Made by a program: the position numbers and the translations under genes. The notes under the pieces were generated by a model. It worked only from the letters and a program-made list of their open reading frames with translations, was not told the DNA's origin and did not search any database. This document shows, one piece after another, positions 17,883 through 27,696 of a stretch of DNA of 64,000 bases. The stretch comes from a virus. Each line of letters begins with the position of its first letter. The stretch's first letter is position 1. Location of the stretch: the IMG/VR virus record IMGVR_UViG_3300021432_000008, positions 12,941 through 76,940 of that record. One strand, 5' to 3'.

Positions 17883-19361
17883 TCAGATTGTCGTGGGAAG
17901 GTCCTTGTTGCCGGGATCTTTCGGAATGGGCGGCACCGTGCATGCCTGCGCGTTGAGCGCCGCGGCGAACAGCGGAGCGACCCGGTTCCCACGAGTGTTC
18001 TTCGACAGTGGCAGCACGGGCGGGGACGTGGTCGCCTTGCGGTCTAGCCGGGCCGACGTGCCGCCCGTGAAGTTGATGACGAAGTAGCTTGCCATGTTCA
18101 GCAGGTTCGGCGCCAGGTCGGGATTGAGGATGGCCTTCAGCCCGACGACGTTGAGGTAGAGGAATTCCATTCTCGCCTCGATGAAGGGCGTCTCGTCGGA
18201 ACCGACACCCTGCGTCACGTAGCACGAGATCATGGGCAGAGTATTCGATCCCGGTACGCCGATGGGCGAGAAGCGGTCGTAGACGATGGCCATGCCGCAG
18301 CGAACCATGCTGTTGAGCTGCTCCTTGCCAGGCAAGGTCCGCGTTCCGTCCCCTCGTGGGGCAAGAGTGTCGTCAAAGGGCCAGGCGTAAACGCGAACAA
18401 CCGCGTTGGCGGTCACGCGCTGCGCCAGACCCGACGACCACATGGCGCCGGCCAGGAGAGCATTGTCGGCGCGAGTGCCGAACCCACTGCGCCCGGCAAA
18501 CCAATCCAGTATGCTTGCTCCCGCCGTCGCCATCAGCGCGCCGCCGCCCGGCGTCTTCATCGGCGATACGGCACCGGCCGTCACCATGCCCTCGACGCGC
18601 GTGATCCCGGCACCCAGCGGGCCGATCGCGTAGTTGTACTGCTTGTCGGTCACGCTCCAGTCGAGAACAGAACCGTCCTCGTTCTCCGCTACGTCCACGC
18701 CGTAGCGGCGCATCCATGTCGGACAAGGGACGACAACACCGCCGCGGAAAGAGTCAGCGGTCAGGTTGACGACTCCCGTTGACGCCAGCGTGTTGAGGTA
18801 GTCGAGTCGCAGGATCGCCTTGCCGCTGAGCGTGCGGACAACCATGCCGTCCTTGTCGGTAGCTTCCTTGGACGTCCAACGGTTGGACAGCACGAATCGG
18901 TTGCACTGACTCACCGCAAAGCGGATGTGAAAGACGAACGTCGCCGTCTTGTCGCCGTCAATGTCCGTGAAGTCAAACGATTCGGGGATGGGGCCTCCGA
19001 TGGGGTCGCAGACGAGCGCCGCCTTCGTACCCACCGTGGTCCCCGGAACGTCGAAGATCAGATCGGCACCGATGTAGACCTGCAAGCTCTGGCGGGGCGT
19101 CTTGAGCGCGTCCTTCAGGCGGTTAAGGGCAATGCCAAGGCGGTCCCCTTCAATCCCGTAGCTGCCGAACGGCCCCGGATTCGCCTTGCCCGAGCTGGTC
19201 ATGAACGGGTTGACCTTGCCCTCCACGACAAGGTCAACCGTGTGGTAGAGGAGGTCCTTGTGGGTGGGGTCAAGCTCGCCGTCATTGTCGCACTTGTGAC
19301 ACTTGACGAGTCCCAGATCCTGATTGTTGTAGATGACGCGCACGGGATGCCCTCTATCCAA
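17883..19361 (-). CDS. putative distal-tail / baseplate protein
   Basis: Beta-rich 492 aa directly after the gene at the tape-measure position; start uncertain. Confidence 0.55.
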   Translation of the reverse strand: MDRGHPVRVIYNNQDLGLVKCHKCDNDGELDPTHKDLLYHTVDLVVEGKVNPFMTSSGKANPGPFGSYGIEGDRLGIALNRLKDALKTPRQSLQVYIGADLIFDVPGTTVGTKAALVCDPIGGPIPESFDFTDIDGDKTATFVFHIRFAVSQCNRFVLSNRWTSKEATDKDGMVVRTLSGKAILRLDYLNTLASTGVVNLTADSFRGGVVVPCPTWMRRYGVDVAENEDGSVLDWSVTDKQYNYAIGPLGAGITRVEGMVTAGAVSPMKTPGGGALMATAGASILDWFAGRSGFGTRADNALLAGAMWSSGLAQRVTANAVVRVYAWPFDDTLAPRGDGTRTLPGKEQLNSMVRCGMAIVYDRFSPIGVPGSNTLPMISCYVTQGVGSDETPFIEARMEFLYLNVVGLKAILNPDLAPNLLNMASYFVINFTGGTSARLDRKATTSPPVLPLSKNTRGNRVAPLFAAALNAQACTVPPIPKDPGNKDLPTTI

Positions 19362-20964
19362 AAGCGGCTACGATCTTGATGGCTTCCCGAGCGACGCCAA
19401 TCATGGCCTCCTTCTCGGGTGACTCCTTCGCGGCGCCTCCGGCAACCGCCGCGACAACCTCGTGTCGAGAGCCCTGGCTGCGTCCCATGTCCGGCTTGTT
19501 GGGCCGTTCGTGCTTGCCCTCCTTTTGCATTCCCTGAATCTCTTTGGTCAAATCCTCGATTGCTCCCAGCAGCTTCCGGCCGATCACTCCCTCCTCTCCT
19601 TCCATTCCCCCGCTCGCCACCGTCGGCGGCATGGCCGTCTGCGATACGCCCGCCGATGACGGCGTCTGCTTTGCGGCCGACCGCTCATGGAGCGGCGAGG
19701 GTGGCGCCTGCGTTCGGAGGGGATCGCCCCTGGAGACATGACGAAAAAGCCGTTGCTCCTGCGTGTCGGGGTCTTGCTGTCTCCGCGCGGCGCGCTCCAT
19801 CAGGACCGATGGTCGCGGCGGGACCGGCGATGGAGGCGCGGCCGGTGCCGGCGGTGTGGGTAGCAGCTTGGCGGCGGGAGGCGCGGCAGACGGGACCGGC
19901 GCGGCGACGGATGGCCGCACCGGCTTCTCGATGGGATGCAGTTCGACGCCGCCCTTGTTGCCGGGCACCTGCATCGCCATCGCCTGTGTTCCCCATTTAT
20001 GACCCTTGGCATCCTGCATCATGCCGCTATTGACGCTGACAATAGGGATTTGCTTGCCTTCGGTGTGCGCCGTCACCTTGCCACCGGCTTGCAGGTGCGC
20101 CATCACGCGGGCGACAATCTTCTCTGCTGCCTTGACCGCCTCGCCGCCCATCTTCTCGATTTCAGCGCGGGCATCGATAAATTCGCTCTTGGTCGCGGGC
20201 GGAGGGGGTGCTGCCGTCGCCGTTGGCGCTGCCGGCTTGCCGAACCAGTCTCCCGGCTTCGCTTCTGGTGCCGGCGCGGCCTTGGCCGCGGCAGGAGCCG
20301 CTGTTGCTGGCGGCAAGGTGGTGAGCTTTCCCTTGCCGAAAAGCTCCTCCAGCGATCCCTCGAAAGCCTTCTGGCGTCCCGGTATCTCTCGTGGTGCCGC
20401 CGTCGCAACCGGCGCCGGTACGGGCGGTACGGTAGAAGGTGGCGGCTTGCCTGCGGCGGACGGCGCGGCAGAAGGTGGCGGTGCAGGCGGCACCGGAGGC
20501 ACGAAGGGAGGCGCTACCGGCAGGGGGGCAGACTCCGCCAGCTTCGCCATTGCCTCGTGGCCCATCGGCTTCGGCGGAGCGGCCGGCGCGGGCGGCTTCG
20601 CCTTCGGCGCCTCCGGCGGCTTGACGGCAGCAATGAAGCCCTGGATGGCGTCGTAGACTTCCTTGACCTGCGCGATCTTGGCGGCGATCTCACCGAACCC
20701 TGTGGCACGCAGCAGCCGCATACCAGCCGGGTAGATTTCCGGCGTCTTCTCGGCCTTCTCGCTATCCAGTCCGCCGCCCTTGGGTGCGAACCGACCGCCA
20801 GGCCCGCGAGGCTGCTCACCGCCGCCGGTCCACGCGCCTCGTTCACCCAGCGGTTCCAGCCGTGAGAGCACCTGTCCCAGCGGCCCGGACGCCAGCGCGC
20901 GGGAGATCCGCTCCGGCAGATGCTCCAGAGAGGAAAGGATCAGGTTGCTCGCTTCGTCGGCCAT
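19354..20964 (-). CDS. Pro/Ala-rich protein at the tape-measure position
   Basis: Follows the G/GT chaperones; low complexity; RGPGGRFAPKGG motif. Confidence 0.5.
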   Translation of the reverse strand: MADEASNLILSSLEHLPERISRALASGPLGQVLSRLEPLGERGAWTGGGEQPRGPGGRFAPKGGGLDSEKAEKTPEIYPAGMRLLRATGFGEIAAKIAQVKEVYDAIQGFIAAVKPPEAPKAKPPAPAAPPKPMGHEAMAKLAESAPLPVAPPFVPPVPPAPPPSAAPSAAGKPPPSTVPPVPAPVATAAPREIPGRQKAFEGSLEELFGKGKLTTLPPATAAPAAAKAAPAPEAKPGDWFGKPAAPTATAAPPPPATKSEFIDARAEIEKMGGEAVKAAEKIVARVMAHLQAGGKVTAHTEGKQIPIVSVNSGMMQDAKGHKWGTQAMAMQVPGNKGGVELHPIEKPVRPSVAAPVPSAAPPAAKLLPTPPAPAAPPSPVPPRPSVLMERAARRQQDPDTQEQRLFRHVSRGDPLRTQAPPSPLHERSAAKQTPSSAGVSQTAMPPTVASGGMEGEEGVIGRKLLGAIEDLTKEIQGMQKEGKHERPNKPDMGRSQGSRHEVVAAVAGGAAKESPEKEAMIGVAREAIKIVAAFG

Positions 20965-20976
20965 ACGTCAGTGCCC

Positions 20977-21276
20977 TTACCTCCCCCACCCCAATTTCGC
21001 CCGGACCCGTGCATCGCTGCGTGCCCTGTTCGCCTCGTAGAGAATGTGCGGCGCTTCCTCTGCCACATCCGCCAGCGCGTCGCCCCACGCTTCATCGAGG
21101 TTGTCCGCCGAGAGGACCGCTGCTAGACCGCGGCCGACGTTATTGGACTGCCGAATGTCGCACCGGCCGATGTTGAGCCAGAGCCGGACGTAGAGCCTGT
21201 AAGTGAGGGGACGGCTGGCTGGCCAGCCGAAGACGCTGACCCAGCGGGCTCGTTGCCGTCCCCGCTCAGTTCCCCC
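20977..21276 (-). CDS. tail assembly chaperone GT extension (-1 frameshift product)
   Basis: Open -1 frame beginning at G GGG GAA (21276-21270). Confidence 0.65.
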   Translation of the reverse strand, partial: GGTERGRQRARWVSVFGWPASRPLTYRLYVRLWLNIGRCDIRQSNNVGRGLAAVLSADNLDEAWGDALADVAEEAPHILYEANRARSDARVRAKLGWGR

Positions 21277-21659
21277 GCTACCCACCTCAGGTATGAGTTG
21301 AACGCACTCCAGCAGTCCTGCGAGACGGCGCCAGTCCCCGTTGCCGGGTCAAAGGGCAACATGCCGAACGCCTCGTGAACAGCCGCCAGCAGCCTCTCCT
21401 CTGCTTCGGCCCGCCGCGATGCTTGTCCGGCCGTCTCGGGCAGCTCCTTTCCGGTCAGCGGGTCCATATCGATGACGGGATAGATAGCATGGATGGCTTC
21501 ATCAGCCTGTCCGTCGGTCGCCTTCACCAGCCGGTTCCAGATGGCCAGCGGATCGCCGAATACGTATTGCCGTACACGATCGGCGCCGCGCCCGATCGTG
21601 TAGCGGAAGATCAGCTTTTCCGAATCGGTGAACAGGTCGCCATCGTCTTTCTCAAACAT
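21123..21659 (-). CDS. tail assembly chaperone G
   Basis: Lies between the tail tube and the TMP-position gene; Ser/Gly-rich tail after the slippery site. Confidence 0.7.
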   Translation of the reverse strand: MFEKDDGDLFTDSEKLIFRYTIGRGADRVRQYVFGDPLAIWNRLVKATDGQADEAIHAIYPVIDMDPLTGKELPETAGQASRRAEAEERLLAAVHEAFGMLPFDPATGTGAVSQDCWSAFNSYLRWVAGELSGDGNEPAGSASSAGQPAVPSLTGSTSGSGSTSAGATFGSPITSAAV

Positions 21660-21674
21660 TGCCCCTCCCAGATG

Positions 21675-22256
21675 TCAATTAATACTTCCAAGGCTTGTCA
21701 TGTTGAAGTCCATGAGCGTGAACTGCCCGACGATTCCCTGCGACGGGTTGAACGCTCTCAGGCAGTGCCAGACGAGATGCTGCTTGCGGGCCTTCGTCCC
21801 CAGGTCGGGGAAGCCGTCCTCTTGCAGCATGGCGAAGAGGAAGCGATAGCCGGGCGGTTCCGCGCCGGAAGGCCCGGTGGAGAAAGCGGCCTTGCTGGCG
21901 TAGGGGAATCGCAGGTAGAGCGGATACGCCTTCTGCTCCGTCAACATGAGCGTACCGATGGCGCCCGAGGGATCGTTGCCGGGCGCGTTACCGCCCGCGC
22001 CGAGCGTGGCAATGTCCTGGATCAAGGCAAGGACGTTCTGGTTCCAGCGCGCGAGGTCCACGGTCACCAGAGCATCCTCTCCCTGGTAGACCACGTCGAA
22101 CGGCACGTTCTGGCCGCCGAGGTCAACGAACACGTCGCTGAACTGCGGGCGCACCTGAAAGGAGGGGCCCTTCTCGCTGTGGCCGAGGAAGAACGGCCCT
22201 TGCCCCTGGGGAGCCACCCAGAGATCGACGGGCCCGGTGGTATACAGCTGCGCCAT
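21675..22256 (-). CDS. major tail tube protein
   Basis: 193 aa, FLGHSEKGPSF motif, position after the connector and before the chaperones. Confidence 0.7.
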   Translation of the reverse strand: MAQLYTTGPVDLWVAPQGQGPFFLGHSEKGPSFQVRPQFSDVFVDLGGQNVPFDVVYQGEDALVTVDLARWNQNVLALIQDIATLGAGGNAPGNDPSGAIGTLMLTEQKAYPLYLRFPYASKAAFSTGPSGAEPPGYRFLFAMLQEDGFPDLGTKARKQHLVWHCLRAFNPSQGIVGQFTLMDFNMTSLGSIN

Positions 22257-22289
22257 ATTTCTATCTCATTTCTCTCTTATCCCACTTCC

Positions 22290-22898
22290 TCACCACCACT
22301 GGAGACCGCTGCCGCCGCCGGTAATGTCGGGAGCCTGTCGCTCCCAGGAGCGCCGGCCGAAGTAACTCCGCGCCTGGTACACCACGCCGTTGCGGTTCTG
22401 CACGTCGGCGGGCTGGTCGATGGTCTGGTTGATGTCCCCGGCCGGTTGCTTTTCCAGGAGGCCGAAGATCCACTCGCCCTTTTCCAAACGGTCAAGGGCC
22501 TCCAGCGCTGCCTTGACCTCGATGGGCAGCTCGCGCGGCGTCAGGGTCGGCCGGCGCTTCCACGCCTTCCACATGGCCAGATCGACGTTCATTTCCGTCA
22601 GGAACTCTTTGCTGTTGCCGATCAAGGACGCCAGGTCGTTGATGGGCGGCGTGGCCGTCACATCAAGGACGTAGTTTCCACCCTTGGTGCATGCCGCTTC
22701 GATGAGCCCGGCCGCGGCCATGAGAAGCTTGACGGCGGTCGCGTAGATTGGCTGTCCCGTCTGCGTGACCTGCCAGGAGTTGACGATCTCCGTCGTCTTG
22801 TCGTCAACGAGCAGCTCGCCCACGCTACGGAAGTCGTAGTACGCGACCCAGTCTGTAGGTGTGGCGTAGGCGGAACTGCCGGAGGAGGGTGTAGACAC
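22290..22898 (-). CDS. head-tail connector, Mu gp36/DUF1320-like
   Basis: YATPTDW...LMAAAGLIEA...VDLAMW...ALEALDRLEKGE; GGAGG plus GTG start. Confidence 0.75.
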   Translation of the reverse strand: MSTPSSGSSAYATPTDWVAYYDFRSVGELLVDDKTTEIVNSWQVTQTGQPIYATAVKLLMAAAGLIEAACTKGGNYVLDVTATPPINDLASLIGNSKEFLTEMNVDLAMWKAWKRRPTLTPRELPIEVKAALEALDRLEKGEWIFGLLEKQPAGDINQTIDQPADVQNRNGVVYQARSYFGRRSWERQAPDITGGGSGLQWW

Positions 22899-22911
22899 GG
22901 TGACCCCTCCA

Positions 22912-24750
22912 TTACGCGGTGCGCGTGTCGTAGCCGGTCGCGTTGACGATGCCGATGGTGTGAGTGGCACCGGCCGCGCTCATCTCGATCGTCATGGCGG
23001 TCGCGGCCGTGCCGACCCAGAAGCCATTGAGGGTGAACGGCGTGCCCACGCCGTTGGCGCCTGTGGCCAGCGCAACCCGGAAGCTCGCCAGAACAGTGCC
23101 GGCGCCCGTGGCGCCGTCGCGAAGGTTGATGATCGCGAAGTCGGCGTTGCCCGTCGCATCACCGACGAGCTGACCGCTGATCATCGTGCAGACGTGCCGG
23201 ATGTTGGCGGCACCGGCCGCCTTGCTCGCCGTGGCCTGACCGTTGGCGGCGCTCGTGTTGGTGAGCGACCATGCCGACTGGGTCGGCGCCGTCGTGACCA
23301 GCACGCCCTGACCGTCAATCAGCAGCGGACTGAGCTTGCCGTTGGACAGGTTCGGGATGGTCGTCTGATACCATCCGTAGGTGACGTCCGCGTCCATGCC
23401 GGCGGCGGAAGCAGCGCCCTGGGTCGGCGCTGCGCCGACCGCATTGACGTCCCGCTCTACGGTAAACTGCATCATGCCGTTGGCGTCCTGGCCGGAATAG
23501 ACTACCGCCAGGTCCGCCGCCAGCCCCCAGCCGCCGAAGTTGACGGGGTCGCTGCCGCGCACCGTCTGTATGGGCGCCCGAACCTGGAGGGCGTGGGCGC
23601 CCGAACCGTTGTAGGCATTCGCCAGCGTCTGGAACGTGATCGTCTTGCCGCCGGGGTTGGTGGCGATGGCGACGGCCAGCTCCTGCTTGCTGTTGTCCTG
23701 ATCGTAGATCAGGACGGGAATCGTCTGGCCGGCCGCGAGCGTGGGGGGAGTCCCTGCCGTGGTAATGGTCACGTTGTTGCCGGCGGCCACGCTCGTAACG
23801 CTGGTATCGGAGTAGCCGAACAGTCCAAAGGCGTTGCGGGCCCGCTGGTAATTCGCGCCGTCGAAGTTGTAATCGACGGCAAGCGTCGCGCCGACGCCAC
23901 CCGCGAGGTCCTGCTCGCCGGAAGCGTCGCGCGGGGCGTTGAACTGGACGGGGAAAACGGCGAACGGCTGCGTGTGGTTGTTGGCCAGGTTGTCCACCAC
24001 GATCGACACGCCGGCATTGACCGTGTTGACGCGAGCCCACTCCACTGCCGCGTTGGTTCCCAGCTCGATCTGGACGACGGTGCCGACCTTGATCCCGGTC
24101 GTGCTGGGAATCAGGATCGTCTTGGTGGCCCCCGCCGTCACGCTTCCGGTGGCGAACGTGGGCGGCAGGATCTGCGCCGTCATCGACAGGTCGAGTGGGA
24201 TGCCGGTGCCGGGAAGCTGGTCGCCCTGATAGCCCTTGGAGCGATCCAGGTTTCCGTTGACGTTGAGCACCTGCGGGATGCCGCCCGTGCCAATCCCATA
24301 GAAAGTGCCCAGCGCCTGGTTGTCCGTGTTGTGGAACTGCTGGACGCCGATGGCGTTGGTTCCGTCGGTGATTTGCTGGAAGCCGGCACGTCCCGCCGTG
24401 TCCATTGTCTTGGCGGTGTTGGTCCCATCGGTCAGCTTGAAAAAGCCGGCCCGCCCCGCCGCGTCCATCGACGGCTGCGTGTTGGTCCCGTCCGTCGGCA
24501 TCAGGGGACGGACGACAATCGCCGTGTCGGTGGTCAGCGCTGCCGTGGATGCCGCCTTGACGGTGGCGGTATTGGTTCCGTCCGTGATCGCAGCGAACAG
24601 CTTGCGGGACGCCGCGTCCGCCGTGGGCATGAAGTTGGCGGCCGTGGCGTCGCAGATACGGATGTTGCCCGCCTCGACGCCGGCGCCGATGTCCGTCGAG
24701 GAGAAGGTGATCACGCCGCCAGCGGTATTTGCCGTCCAGTTATTGGCCAT
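22912..24750 (-). CDS. virion fibre / decoration protein
   Basis: 612 aa Thr/Ala/Gly-rich; TDGTN and MDxAGRAGF internal repeats. Confidence 0.65.
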   Translation of the reverse strand: MANNWTANTAGGVITFSSTDIGAGVEAGNIRICDATAANFMPTADAASRKLFAAITDGTNTATVKAASTAALTTDTAIVVRPLMPTDGTNTQPSMDAAGRAGFFKLTDGTNTAKTMDTAGRAGFQQITDGTNAIGVQQFHNTDNQALGTFYGIGTGGIPQVLNVNGNLDRSKGYQGDQLPGTGIPLDLSMTAQILPPTFATGSVTAGATKTILIPSTTGIKVGTVVQIELGTNAAVEWARVNTVNAGVSIVVDNLANNHTQPFAVFPVQFNAPRDASGEQDLAGGVGATLAVDYNFDGANYQRARNAFGLFGYSDTSVTSVAAGNNVTITTAGTPPTLAAGQTIPVLIYDQDNSKQELAVAIATNPGGKTITFQTLANAYNGSGAHALQVRAPIQTVRGSDPVNFGGWGLAADLAVVYSGQDANGMMQFTVERDVNAVGAAPTQGAASAAGMDADVTYGWYQTTIPNLSNGKLSPLLIDGQGVLVTTAPTQSAWSLTNTSAANGQATASKAAGAANIRHVCTMISGQLVGDATGNADFAIINLRDGATGAGTVLASFRVALATGANGVGTPFTLNGFWVGTAATAMTIEMSAAGATHTIGIVNATGYDTRTA

Positions 24751-24753
24751 GTC

Positions 24754-25152
24754 TTACCCCAGACCGAGAGCCGGGAGCAGGCCGGCGTTGAACGGGTTAT
24801 TGAAGTTCAGCTGATCCACCGACTCGACCGGGGAGCCGGAGCAGTAGAACGGGCTGATGGCGGAGAGCTTGCCGACGATGCCCGAGCCACCGTCGTAGAG
24901 CGTTGCCACGATGTTGTTGCCCGGCGAGGCAACGAACGGGTCGGGAAAGTAAATCACGTTGCTGCCTATCACCAGCGTCAGGTCCTCGTCAAAGATGACC
25001 GTTGTCCCATCGGCGATCGTCAGCCTGGCTCCCGTGATCGCTCCCCCCGAATAGCTCCAGGCGAAGCCGTAGACGCCGATGCAGCGCGGCTTGGACGGCG
25101 CGGCCAGCGTGAGCACCGCGTTGGCGTGCGTCGCCGTCGCCGTCGTCGGCAT
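24754..25152 (-). CDS. small beta-rich structural protein
   Basis: GGAG RBS; starts MPTTATAT; directly downstream of the major capsid gene. Confidence 0.55.
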   Translation of the reverse strand: MPTTATATHANAVLTLAAPSKPRCIGVYGFAWSYSGGAITGARLTIADGTTVIFDEDLTLVIGSNVIYFPDPFVASPGNNIVATLYDGGSGIVGKLSAISPFYCSGSPVESVDQLNFNNPFNAGLLPALGLG

Positions 25153-25298
25153 GGTGGCGCTCCAGCCGCCGCCCTCGCGAGTGGGGGGAGGATCGAACAC
25201 GGGTAGGTTCGGCCTGGCCAAGCGGAGAGCCTCCTCGTCATCGAGCGCGTGCCCCGCGAACATGTGAGCGCTCGCATGCTCGCGGGGCAGCGCGAGCA

Positions 25299-26375
25299 TC
25301 AGCGGCAACCAGTAAACAAAAATCCCGACTCCGGCGCCGCCAGGATCTCCTGGAACTGGTCGGTGACGTCCACGATCTCGCGGGCGTTGCGTTCCTCGGT
25401 CCACACGTACACGGCAGCCATGTACTCGTACCAGTAGAGCTGGAGCGTCGAGAAGCTGGGAGAGCCGTAGGTGCCCTCGATGCCGCCCTTGCGGGACATG
25501 AGCTGCGCCTTGGTCGAGTCGCCGATGTAAGACCGCGTCGTCGAGACGTTCGTGCCCGCGCCGACGCCAGGCTGTGGCCGGTCCGTGACGATCACGGAGT
25601 CCTCGATGATCACCTCGAAGCCGTAGAGGTACTTGGGTAGTCCCCACTTCTCACGGAACTTCTTCTCGCCTTCGAGGTTAGGCAGGGAGTACACGCCGTT
25701 CTTGAGGTAGGCATGGATCTCGCTGGAGTTCGCCATCGCCCAGGCCAGCGTGGGCACCAGCTTCAGGACGAGATCCTGCTGCTTGACCTGTGCGTTGGTT
25801 TGCTGGGTGATTTGATCCAGCGCGAAGAACAGAGAGTTCTTGATGCAGTTGTAATTCGGTGCCCCCTCCGTCCCGCTGGCCTTGTCCCAGGTGCCGCCGC
25901 CGCCCGTGATCGTGTTGACATCACCCGTGTTGCTGCCCCAGTTGGCGGGGTTCTCTAATAGCTTCGCAACCCTGTTCGTGCGGTTCGTCATGGCGATCGA
26001 GATTTGCGCCCCGACCGTGTGCTCCAGCGGCTTCCACTGGTCCTTGGCCATCGCGATCGCTTGATGGCCCAGGTACGTGCCATAGTTGCGGCGCTCAACG
26101 ACGAAGGGCACCATCGCGAACTGGAGGCCGCCGAAGTTCGTTACGGGCCGCTCGGAGCCGTCCGCGAAGGCGTACTCGCTGTCGGTCACGACCCTGACGG
26201 GGGTGTCGCGGTCGATGATGAAGTAGTACGCCTGCGTACCGGGGCTCTCGATCGTCTGGCAGTAGTCCATCAGCGGGAAATCGCTCTCCTCGCGGATGTA
26301 GCTGATGGCCTGGCCTGTGGCGCGAGGCACAAATCCATTTGTACCACTGAGAAAGACCGTTGAGGGAGTGGCCAT
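25299..26375 (-). CDS. major capsid protein
   Basis: 358 aa after the protease and decoration genes; LPKYLYGFEVII and C-terminal ILAAPESGFLFT resemble gpE-like major capsid proteins. Confidence 0.85.
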   Translation of the reverse strand: MATPSTVFLSGTNGFVPRATGQAISYIREESDFPLMDYCQTIESPGTQAYYFIIDRDTPVRVVTDSEYAFADGSERPVTNFGGLQFAMVPFVVERRNYGTYLGHQAIAMAKDQWKPLEHTVGAQISIAMTNRTNRVAKLLENPANWGSNTGDVNTITGGGGTWDKASGTEGAPNYNCIKNSLFFALDQITQQTNAQVKQQDLVLKLVPTLAWAMANSSEIHAYLKNGVYSLPNLEGEKKFREKWGLPKYLYGFEVIIEDSVIVTDRPQPGVGAGTNVSTTRSYIGDSTKAQLMSRKGGIEGTYGSPSFSTLQLYWYEYMAAVYVWTEERNAREIVDVTDQFQEILAAPESGFLFTGCR

Positions 26376-26403
26376 GTCTTATATTACCTCTTTTGGACTG
26401 ACC

Positions 26404-26432
26404 TTGCAAACCAATAGTTCGCGTGGTACAAT
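26404..26432 (+). promoter_or_regulatory. sigma70 promoter for the HNH pair
   Basis: TTGCAA, 17-nt spacer, TACAAT with a TG extension. Confidence 0.65.
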
Positions 26433-26465
26433 GACATTAGCCCCACGAACAACGGGAGTAATCCG

Positions 26466-26981
26466 ATGGAAAAAGCTACTTGTGCTGTCTGCGAAAGGTC
26501 CTTTCCGATCTCTGCCTTCAGAAAGAGGAAGGACGTTGCGGGAAGTATCGATCCCAGGTGCAAGGAGTGCGAGGCAAAGAGGCGCCGCGAATACTACGCC
26601 AGTGGCGCTGGGTCGTACCCGCAGGCGCGAGCAATTGCCAAGAGGACCAGGCGTGACTTCACCCTGACAAAAGAGGAGTACGACGCTCTTCGTACATTGC
26701 CCTGTCACTACTGCGGCTGGCCGACCCTTTCGCTGGGAATTGGGCTCGACCGGCTTGAACTTGACGGCGACTACACGCCAGACAATGTGGTGTCCTGCTG
26801 TGTTGAGTGCAACTTCATGCGGGGTAACACCTTCACCCCCGACGAGATGAAGCGACACATCGGCCCGGCAATCGCTCTCATCAAGGAACGCCGCAAGGCA
26901 AAGGGAATCGCTACTCCGGCTGAGTGTCACGCCGAGCAATCTGCCAAGCGTGGCCGCCCCCGCAAGTACACGGAGGAATGA
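26466..26981 (+). CDS. HNH-family endonuclease with zinc finger
   Basis: CAVC..CKEC; CHYCG...GLDRL...NVVSCCVECN. Confidence 0.85.
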   Translation: MEKATCAVCERSFPISAFRKRKDVAGSIDPRCKECEAKRRREYYASGAGSYPQARAIAKRTRRDFTLTKEEYDALRTLPCHYCGWPTLSLGIGLDRLELDGDYTPDNVVSCCVECNFMRGNTFTPDEMKRHIGPAIALIKERRKAKGIATPAECHAEQSAKRGRPRKYTEE

Positions 26982-26984
26982 TTC

Positions 26985-27686
26985 ATGGAAACCCGCCGCT
27001 GTCCGCGATGCCGTCGAACTTCGGAAGAAGTCGCCTTCGGCATTGACCGAAGCCACAAGGATAGCCTGACCACGTATTGCCGTGAGTGCGCTGCTGAGAA
27101 GGCACATTTGCAACGGCTCGGTCTTGCGTCCCCACTTCGTGGCAGGCCGCGTCTCTTTACGGAGACGACTGCTACCTGTTCGCGGTGCCGTCGCGATTTG
27201 CCAAGATCGGAGTTTGGGAGAGGAAGTCAGGCAAAGGCTATCCGCGGATGCGACACCTACTGCCGTGCCTGTACTGCTGCCAAGCACGCGGATCAAATCC
27301 GTACTCCGCGCGGACTCTTCTCCGGTGCCCGCCATATCGCCAAGGCTCGCGGCATCGCGTGGTTGCTCACCCGTGAGGAGTACGACGCGCTCCGCTTGCT
27401 CAGCTGCCACTATTGCGCCGGTCCCCTGCCGAAGTCGGGCGTCGGCCTGGACAGGAAAGACAACAAGGGAGCCTATGACACCGGCAACGTCGTCCCCTGT
27501 TGCACGGCCTGCAACCTGTCGCGCAACACCCTCTGCTCGCCGGAGGAAATGCTGATCGTCGGTCGGGCAATTGCCGCCGTGTGGACGGAGCGCACCGCGC
27601 AGGGCATCCCGTGCGGTCCCGTCCGCGGCTGGGGTGCCGGCGCACCACGCAAGTACCAGCAGTATCCCGAGAAGGTTGCCCACTGA
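26985..27686 (+). CDS. HNH-family endonuclease with two zinc fingers
   Basis: CPRC..CREC and CSRC..CRAC; CHYCA...GLDRKDN...NVVPCCTACN. Confidence 0.85.
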   Translation: METRRCPRCRRTSEEVAFGIDRSHKDSLTTYCRECAAEKAHLQRLGLASPLRGRPRLFTETTATCSRCRRDLPRSEFGRGSQAKAIRGCDTYCRACTAAKHADQIRTPRGLFSGARHIAKARGIAWLLTREEYDALRLLSCHYCAGPLPKSGVGLDRKDNKGAYDTGNVVPCCTACNLSRNTLCSPEEMLIVGRAIAAVWTERTAQGIPCGPVRGWGAGAPRKYQQYPEKVAH

Positions 27687-27696
27687 ACCCCATCTC

